DNA of 64,000 nt from Eledone cirrhosa (taxonomy: Eukaryota), in assembly GCA_964016885.1 (NCBI GenBank), contig OZ024742.1, positions 151,280,001-151,344,000 of the forward strand. Direction: 5' to 3'. The position numbers were made by a program, and so were the translations under genes. The notes under the pieces were generated by a model. That model was given only the letters and a program-made list of their open reading frames with translations. It was not told where the DNA came from and did not search any database. This document shows positions 1 to 64,000 of the stretch, piece after piece. Position 1 is the stretch's first letter. Each line of letters starts with the position of its first letter.

Positions 1-320
1 AGAGAGATGTAAGAGGAAGCGTAGAAAGGACAAGGTAAACAATGCAGGCCACGTGTTGTCCTTTGTCGACACAACTCTTTTCCCCTCGGAAAATCCCCTG
101 TTGATGGATATGAAATCCCAAATATAGGGACTATTAAATCGCTTCCAAGGTAACTCTATCTCGTGTCTTTAACGCTCTCTATGTCTCTTCCTAGACTTCC
201 TCCTACATCTCTCTCTCTCATTACCACCCGATTCTGTTACCCGAAGAATTACCCATCTGCATTTTTGAGGCTTCCAAAACAACTATTTTTAATATTCCAC
301 AATGCTTCAAACAAACACTC

Positions 321-383
<63 letters not shown>

Positions 384-730
384 GATGTAGATGCGTAGAT
401 AAGATTATGGTTTCGCACTCGTATGACTCTGATAGGAGAAAACTACTCATATTATTCTTTAAGGTGGAATATAATGTATTGAAAGCTGAATCTGCACGAG
501 CTCCTACTCGGAAAGTTTCGTATTACTGGTGCATCAAACAGAAATACCTTATGATAGTTATTCCAATGCGGACTTGTAAATTAGCACTTAGATAAACAGA
601 GATTGATATAATAAATACCAAATAACATAGTGGAATCAATATAATAAAAACTTGAAAAGAAAAGAAATGTATTGTTGCAAAAAGTATAAAATAATTTAAA
701 TCTGACATTTTTGCAAATTTATTTTTACAG

Positions 731-51644
<50,914 letters not shown>

Positions 51645-52001
51645 TGAGTATAACTTAGTGACAGAGTGCGAATTATGTGTATTATTCTGTATGTGAATGT
51701 GTAAAGCTAAAACAGTGTCTTTTCATCCCTTTAACATTCTGAGATGCAGTATCAGATATACGCCTTTTATATATATATATATATATATATATAGGAAAAT
51801 GTATGACCCCGACGGCAGATCTCAAGCCGATCGACGGCTATTTCTGGGTCCAGAAATAGCCGTCGAGGCGGCTTGAGCTCTGCCGTTGGGGTCATACATT
51901 TTCCTGTTACCCACTCTACTAACCTAAGTATTGAGTACTCTGGTGCATTATGGTCAATTTGGTTCCTTACCACAACTCCTTCGTTATATATAAATATATA
52001 T

Positions 52002-52033
<32 letters not shown>

Positions 52034-52528
52034 AAAAAAAAAAAATATATATATATATGTAACGAAGGAAGTGTGGTAAGGAACCTGGTGGACCATAATG
52101 CACCAGAGTACTTGATACTTAGGGTAGTAGAGTGGGTAATAGGGAAAGAGTCAGGACCTCGACGGCTGAGCTCTGGTCGTTTCGACAACTAGGCCTGAAC
52201 TAACGCAGTAATTTTAGGATAGTCGTAGTCTAGCTGAACTTTTCAAGGGGTAATTCCATATATGGGCATACAATGAAAGCGTGGTAATAGTATAATATAT
52301 CAAACAATTCTAAAAGTTTTTGAACAAAGGGGGGGAGGGGTAATATGACAATCTGGCCTGCAGCCACCGACCAGAGTACTCGGCCAGCATCCCACCGCTA
52401 TGAAGGAATTTAACTGTGTTTACAAAACTTTGACCACTCCCCATGACAGAAATGAAAAACAACAACTTTTAAAATTGTTTGATATAATACTATTACTACG
52501 CTCTCATTGCATGCCCATATATGGAATT

Positions 52529-52624
52529 ACCCCTTGAAAAGTTCAGCTAAACTACTACCGTCCTAACATTACTGCGTTAGTTCTGACCTAGCTGTCGAAA
52601 CGGCCGGAGCTCAGCCGTCGGGGT
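52529..52624 (+). ncRNA. Type I hammerhead, U3-A8 core, stable stem III (mirror on - at 52156-52251)
   Basis: ACCCC-TTGAAAA-GTTCAGCTA...TAGCTGTC-GAAA-CGGC-CGGAGCTCA-GCCG-TC-GGGGT. Confidence 0.75.
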
Positions 52625-52714
52625 CCTGACTCTTTTCTTATATATATATACATACAAACAGAACCTGAAAGGTCTGGTTTATCGGGTATGTCACTATTAT
52701 AAAACAAATTTTGT

Positions 52715-52775
52715 ATTTTATCTGATGAGAGCGTACCAAAGTTTTTTGGTACCCTTGAAATATATATAATAAAAT
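52715..52775 (+). ncRNA. Minimal hammerhead, relative of the 7763 motif
   Basis: ATTTTAT-CTGATGA-GAGCGTACCAA..TTGGTACCCTT-GAAA-TATATA-TA-ATAAAAT. Confidence 0.75.
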
Positions 52776-52819
52776 AAATATGCTTTTATAAATATAGTTT
52801 CCATTTATTATTATCATTG

Positions 52820-52851
<32 letters not shown>

Positions 52852-53054
52852 GAAAGCGTCAGCCCCGACAACTGAGCTCTTGCTGTTTCAACAGCGAGTT
52901 CCAGCCTAAACTAGCTTCTAGCTTAGCTGTTGAAACGGCAAGAACTCAACCATTGGGGCGCTGACTCTTTCATATAACCATACTCTACTACCCCAAGCAT
53001 CGAGTACTCTGGTGAGTTATGGTCTAAACCTGTTTTTATTGTATCCACATTGAT

Positions 53055-53100
<46 letters not shown>

Positions 53101-53227
53101 TGGGGGTTCGAGTCTATTGTGTGACATGTTGAATTCTTGGGTAAACATAATTTATTATAGTCTCTTTTCAATCAACCAACGACTTGGGAATGAAATCTGG
53201 CAGACTTAAACTGTGCAGAAGCCGATC

Positions 53228-53271
<44 letters not shown>

Positions 53272-53469
53272 ATAATTGTTTCTACTTTTGGCACAAGGCC
53301 AGCAATTACCCAGTGCATTACTGGTACTTTATTTTATCGACCCCGTAAGGATGAAAGGCAAAGTTAACCTCGGCGAGATTTGAACTCAGATCGTAAAGGG
53401 ATGTAACTATGCTGGAAAGCATGGCATCCGACCCTCTACCGATACTGCCAATCCCCGCCTTATATATAT

Positions 53470-57900
<4,431 letters not shown>

Positions 57901-58171
57901 TCGAGTGCTCACCCAGGTGAACCTACTGTAACTCCGCGTTACACTCCCTGGATATATAGTAGAGCAAATATGACGTATTATATTCGTTTTTTCCTGTTCT
58001 TTGCCAGCGAACGTTTCCACGAACCAAAGTATCGTCTTCCTGTCTTCCTCCGGTTGCAACGTTTTTTGAAATATCCTGTTCTGCGTTTACAGATTGACTT
58101 TGTTAGTTTCAGAAGATCCCGTTAAGGGTGAAAGCAGCGATTCTTTGCTTAAACTTTAATCTGTTATTTTA

Positions 58172-58202
<31 letters not shown>

Positions 58203-58379
58203 AAGAACAAAGAAAGTATGGTAAGAAACCAGGTGGACCCATAACAGTACTCGATACTTAGGGTAGTAGAGTGGGTAATAGGAAAAGTGTCAGGACCCCA
58301 ATGGCTTAGCTCCTGCCGTTTAGCTGCCGAAACGGCTGGAGCTCAGCTGTCGGGGTCCTGACTCTTTTCCTATATATAT

Positions 58380-61300
58380 TGTGGTTAGAAAAAGCTATCT
58401 CACTTACCGCTTTTCACAGGGGCCGCTAAATTCCACTGCTGGTATCTCCTCTTCCACGTGCGTCCAGCTGCTTAACACCGGGAGCTGCCAAAACTCGTGT
58501 CCACACCGTTGCTGGTTACCACTAGAGAGGCCCTCTGCTGGCCCTTCCGGTCGAGCATCCTTCCGGCCAAGCACCCTTCCGGTCGAGCACTCCCCCGCTT
58601 CCGGCCACCGCACATCACACCATACCCACACGCCCGCCCCTCTGATCTCAAGGATCAATTTCCCCCTCGTCCTTCTGCATATGAAAGTCTGCTGTCCAGG
58701 TTGGTGGTTTACGACTTCTTTGCGATCTCCGCAGTGTTGGGGCAGCACTTTGGGTTTCCTCTTCCTCGGAGTCCGTTGACACAGGGATTCTATGGACATC
58801 CAGGACATGACGTGGTACTCCGTCCACGGACACATTGTTCTGGGAATTTACGGCCGTCACCGTTCCCCTTCCCCATTGAGATGTGTAACGTGCATCTGGG
58901 GGCTTAACCCAGACTTCTTCGCCCACCTGCACGAATGCACTCTCTCTCCCCACTGGCCGTTGTGGTGGCGTGCACGGGTGCCGCCACTCGTATCTGAATA
59001 CTGCTCTGTGTGGCACCGATTCCTCGACCTGTCCCACCCGAGGGGACATGTTGTACCAGAACACTGCCTCCATTGGTGAGATATGGCCCCGCTCCGCCAT
59101 TGCCTCGATCGTCCGGTGGTGTTGCTCTACAATTCCATTCCCGCTCGGCCTGTGCGCTGCTCTGAAGAAACGGTCCACCTTCCATCCATCGAGCATCTCC
59201 CTCAGCGCCTCCGAGCGGAACGCTGCGCTGTTGTCCATCAGCAGTTCGTCCACAGGGCCCCGCTCCAAGAACACCTCTCTCAACATCCGCATGATTTCCT
59301 CGGCCGATCCAGTCTTCATCTCCCTCCATATCGCCATCCGTTCCGGTCCACAGTCGACCATCGAGAGGTACGTTCCCTGTCGGTAGTGCGTTACATCCAC
59401 CGCCAATCACTTCCAGTCGCGATCCACCGGGAGGCTTCCCGTTTCGTGTACACCCGGGGCGGGATCAATGGACTGACATCGGACGCAGACTCTAACCCCC
59501 CCCCCCCGAACACTGTGTCTGTTAACGTCCGAGTCGATTCTCCTGGCTAGGAACAGGCTCCTATCCACTCCCATGTGGTGCATGTCATGCAACCCTTTCA
59601 GATCCAACTCGGTCACCCGACACACGGCAACTATCTCATCTTCTACCTCCTCCGGCGCTTCCATCCAGGCTTTCTTCACCCTAGTTAAGATGTCCGCCCT
59701 ATTTTTTTCTGAGGGCACGAAAACTACGCTCAGCCTCAGGTCGAACTCGGTGGCCAGCTCTCCTAAAGTTCCCAGGCGGCGCTTTATCAGCATCTCCGCC
59801 GCCCCTCTCGTTCGCACTCTCTTCTCACTGGTGAGCACTGATCTCACCCATCCGAGTACAGTAGCCGAGTCGGTGCGTATCTCGATGGTGCGCAGCAGTC
59901 CCCACCTCAGGGCGAGGTTCACCCCTCTCAACACTGCGTCCAGTTCGGCCACATTGATGTGATTGCAGTCGTCCTTCTTCCTAAGCCCAGCTGCATACTC
60001 GACCTCAACACCTATCTCCAACGTGACACCCAGCGCTATGCTGCTGGCATCGCACCATACGGTCCCGCTCTGTGATTTGGGAACATACCAGCGTCCCCGC
60101 ACTGGGTCGTCGGCCTTCACCCTCCCCACGATCTCCTGCATCATGGCCACTGTCCTCTCTCCCACTCTGTCACTCCTCCCGCTCGTCTCTTGACATAGCT
60201 GCATGCCGTCCGGAGCCACCCAGCAATCGGGTAGTGACCCACCAACTTTCCACACACCGAGAAAAGCTCCCGCCTACTCATACTTGGGCCCAGTTCTGGA
60301 ACTTCATTTCCCCTCTGGAATACCAAGACGCCCGTCCTGTCTCGCCGTAGCCTAAATCCCAGCGCGGCTCCTCCCTCCAACGCTTCTGACGGCTTCGCAG
60401 CCAGTCCATACCCCTGTAAATGGCTCGTGACCTCCGCCGCCGACACCACAGACTCGTCTACTAGGATGTCGTCAATATAGGAGTTAGTGGCCATCTTCAT
60501 CTTGTCGGCCTTTCCCAGAATGGTCTTGAGGACCGCCGCCATGATCTTCGGTGCGGAGCTCAGCCCGAAACCGAGCCTGGTCAGGCAATATATCCGACCC
60601 TTATACCTGACCAGCTGATACTGCCAGAGCTTCTCATCTGTATGCAATTGCAAGTATGCCGACTTTAGATCTACGATTGCTGAACCCCCGTCATGCATCT
60701 CCACTCACGCAGGGTTTCCCCACAGACATCCGTGACCTCGCCACCCGTGTGGCATGACACATGCTCGTTCAGCTCCCGAAAGTCCAGCACCGGCCTCACT
60801 TTGTTCTTCGTGGGTTGCGCCACTGCCATTAACGGCAATACTCCGCACTTCACCTCCTCTTTCCAGGGAAGCAGTATGCCCTCCTCAATCCATCTCTCTA
60901 CCTTTCGGTCGAACTCGCTCCTAATGTTCCCTTCAATGTGTGTTGATAGCAGCCCACTTTGGTCTTCAGTGTTGGTGGTTCTCCCTTCCAGTACCACTCA
61001 ACAACCCATCGCTGCCCATCGAACACGGCCTTGAAGTCTTTGTCCTGCACAGTGTAAGCAGGGTATTTCTCCTCGTGGGCCTTCTGGTTCTCCTGTCGCG
61101 CATACCGATGCAGCTGCGCCAAACGACACACCGACGTTGTTCACTGTGACGCCTCCTAGACGGCCACTTGCGTCAATGCCCATAACCACGCCGATCCCAT
61201 CCACCACACTGTCTACTACGATGGCAGAAAGCCTTATTTTCCTTCACCGTACCGCTATTTCCATCTCGCTGAAACTGCCAAAACTCGTGTCCACACCGTT

Positions 61301-61420
61301 GCTGGTTACCACTAGAGAGGCCCTCTGCTGGCCCTTCCGGTCGACCATCCTTCCGGCCAAGCACCCTTCCGGTCGAGCACTTCCCCGCTTCCGGCCACCG
61401 CACGCCACACCATACCCACA
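58380..61420 (-). mobile_element. Ty3/Gypsy LTR retrotransposon, internally deleted (no gag), frameshifted pol
   Basis: 3' LTR 58380-58630 (TGTGG..CCACA) preceded by a purine-rich tract; truncated 5' LTR 61275-61420. RT (RPVLDFRELN, DLKSAYLQ, FGLSSAP, YIDD), RNase H (DASS, AELDA, TDS, NRAD) and integrase (HH..CxxC, VD, DN, GIVE) in RT-RH-IN order. (TA)n flanks. Confidence 0.93.
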
Positions 61421-62929
61421 TATATATATAGTATTCATCGTGAAAATAGTGTCTTGCTCAATGGCACAAAGTGCTGCTGGGAGTAAAAGTTACAACTTTA
61501 CGATCATGCGCTTTCACTGTACTTGATTATAATCAATATCAATAATATAAAGAAAGATTAATTGGCAGAAATGACAGGGGATCGGACAAGATAAGTTTCA
61601 GTTTTTAGTTTTGTTCTTCTATATTTCATATTCCAGCTCCAAAATCCTGCCATGGTCAGCTTTAAATTTCATTTCTTTGGAGTTCACAAAATAACCATAA
61701 GTAATACACCGATTCAAATCAGTCAATAACAACCCTATTTTTCTGTAAGAATAGATTTAGTCATAGTCAAACTAAATCATTATATATGATCCAATGGTAC
61801 TAATAATAGGAAGCTTTCAGAGTCACCCGAATCAACATGGCTGCTACTCCCGTGCCAGCTTGGAGAGCGGATGTAAAATGATGACGATCTAAACTATAAT
61901 AAAGGAAGGTCTGCAGGACTGCGTACAGTTTATTTCTTTTAATCCAGTTAGTAAAATAAGTTATAAGTTGGATTACTTTGAATAAATAATTGTTTCTACT
62001 TTTGGCACAAGGCCGGCAATTACCCAGTACATTACTGGTACTTTAGTTTATTGACCCCGTAAGGATGAAAGGTAAAGTTAACCTCGGCGGGATTTGAGCA
62101 CAGACCATAAAGGGATGTAACTCTTTGCTGTAAAGAATGGCGTCCGGCCCTCTACCGATACTGCCAACCCACCACCCACTTTGAATAAATAATTGTTTCT
62201 ACTTTAGGCACAAGGCCAGCAATTACTCCAGTGCATTACTGGTACTTTATTTTATCGATCCCGTAAGGATGAAAGGCAAAGTAAACCTCGGCAGGATTTG
62301 AACTCAGACCGTAAAGGGACGTAACTATGCTGGAAAGCATGGCGTCCGATTCTCTACCGATACTGCCAATCCCCCGCTTTTAAATAAATAATGAATGAAT
62401 ATTACATAATTTATGTACTAAATTTCGTAAACATAAATAATTTCGTAAAATTAAATAATTTAAAATTGACTTCTTTTCAAAGTTGCACTTCCGGTATATC
62501 ATCGCCACCATAACCACCACTTCAATTCCCATATATATATAGAAAGAGAGAGTGTGCGATAAGAGAGATAGAGAGATTATGATTTTCTACTCGCTGACAC
62601 GTATGAGTGTGCACATACATACATCTATATGTATGAGTATATAACTATAATCGCGCAAACACAAACTTATAAAAATACACCCTCATGCACATAATTCACA
62701 GAAATACACATACATTCACACATACTTTTACACAAACATACATTCACACATACATTTACACAAACACACACATAGTCATGATAGCAGCGTTTGGTGAAAT
62801 TGGAAATGGGAGGGTAAAACAAGTATAATGTTTTATTTATTTATTAACTCTTTTTTTTTTAAACTCATTTAATATAATGGTTACAGAACAAAAACACTAT
62901 CAAATATAATATATACAAAGGAAAGGGAA

Positions 62930-63522
62930 AGGAAAAAAGATAGAGAAAAAATACACAAGCAGGTAATACACACAACTTAGGCCACAGCACAATATGCAGG
63001 CGAAAGAGTGAAAAAGAGCCTCTACCAGAGCAAAAGATAGCAATATAGCGAGGAGCACTGGGAAACCTCTCTAATAATTTTTGAGGCAGGCCAGCACGCT
63101 CAAGGCGTTACCTGGGGTGATGGCGAGGCTGAGGTGCTGTAACAACCAAGTGCCCTCATGAGCATCACCAGTTACCTCTGTTTGGCGAGCCACCAGTGAA
63201 GATAAGAATCTCGCTGTCAGTAGCCCGACCCCCCCCCCCCAGACGTCTCGAACGCCACAGGCTGCATAATGTAGTTAGCTGACAGAACACCATATTTTAG
63301 GATTTTGTTCCGTTCAGCTGCGGATGCTAGAGCTCTCGCCCTTACCGCTGCATGCAGAATGTGGGAAGAGCCAAAAGAGTCGCTAACTGTGACGTCCCAA
63401 CTAAAGCACCTGCCTCTTGACCAGGAGCACAGAGTAAGACCGTCAAGTCTTTTCCCATCAATTCAGGACAACCCAGACGGTTCCAAAATTGAGGGGATGT
63501 TTTCCCGGGCCAAAGCTCTTGA
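62930..63522 (-). mobile_element. Second CRE-like RLE retrotransposon 3' remnant
   Basis: - strand reads ALARENIPSILEPSGL..DGKRLDGLTL..W..G..WDVTV..AERNK..KY..PVAFETSG..LSLAI..GNA. Confidence 0.75.
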
Positions 63523-64000
63523 GTGATAATAGGACTGTGTGTATGTACGTCGGTGTTCTTAAATTAGAGACACGTGTGTGTGTCACTGTTTTTAAGTTAG
63601 ACATATATATGTGTGTATCCCTTTCCTTCCTTTTACACACACATACATTCAAAATGAATTGGCGCCAGACAGTTGGGAGGGACCTGCGAGCGACAAACAG
63701 ACAATGGCGGGATGCTGTGCAACTGGCTGCTGACCGAACGCGGTGGAACACTATGACTGATATTTAAGTATCAGCCGTACTAAGAGTGAGGAATTTCATT
63801 TCATTTCAATCTTTTCCATTTATATATATATATAGTAATAATAATAAATTTGAAGGCTAAAATCCAAAGAGGGCTCGATAAGGATAAATATATATCAAAT
63901 ATATAAGAGAACCGTGGAGCAAATATTTTTTCCGTTCATTGCCAGAGAACGTCTCTATGAACCACCTAATAGAATATTAGTCTACGACTGCTTTTATACC

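Noticed and set aside
377-595. ORF upstream of the first identified exon as a possible further M13 exon
   Set aside because: No M13 motifs and no convincing splice sites.
58381-61149. Multiple + strand ORFs over the Gypsy element (similar ones over the LINE and PLE ORFs)
   Set aside because: Antisense shadow frames of GC-rich coding sequence with no recognisable motifs.

Overview
AT-rich, microsatellite-laden animal DNA. The SINE, LINE and Penelope repertoire looks like an octopus or other cephalopod (inference). One host gene is present: the 3' half of a + strand M13 (neprilysin/ECE-like) zinc metallopeptidase. It has 11 GT-AG exons between 731 and 51644 that splice into an open 311-aa frame with VNAFY, HEFTH and GENIADNGG. 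The rest is mostly transposon-derived: Penelope-like elements (PLEs) with inverted pseudo-LTRs (pLTRs), several RTE LINE families, CR1- and CRE-like remnants, a deleted Gypsy LTR element, tRNA-derived SINEs, a hAT MITE and Helitron-like non-autonomous elements. The strongest hidden signal is RNA structure. By eye I find about 18 type I hammerhead ribozyme (HHR) motifs from about 9 unrelated repeat families. Four families use the compensatory U3-A8 core, one has a stem II of over 100 nt, one forms a 499-nt tandem dimer resembling a retrozyme, and one well-paired motif lies about 0.9 kb after the host stop codon. The peptidase also lacks both cysteines of a conserved M13 disulfide and has a new CxxxxxC loop. 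Exon and HHR coordinates were counted by hand; transposon boundaries are approximate.
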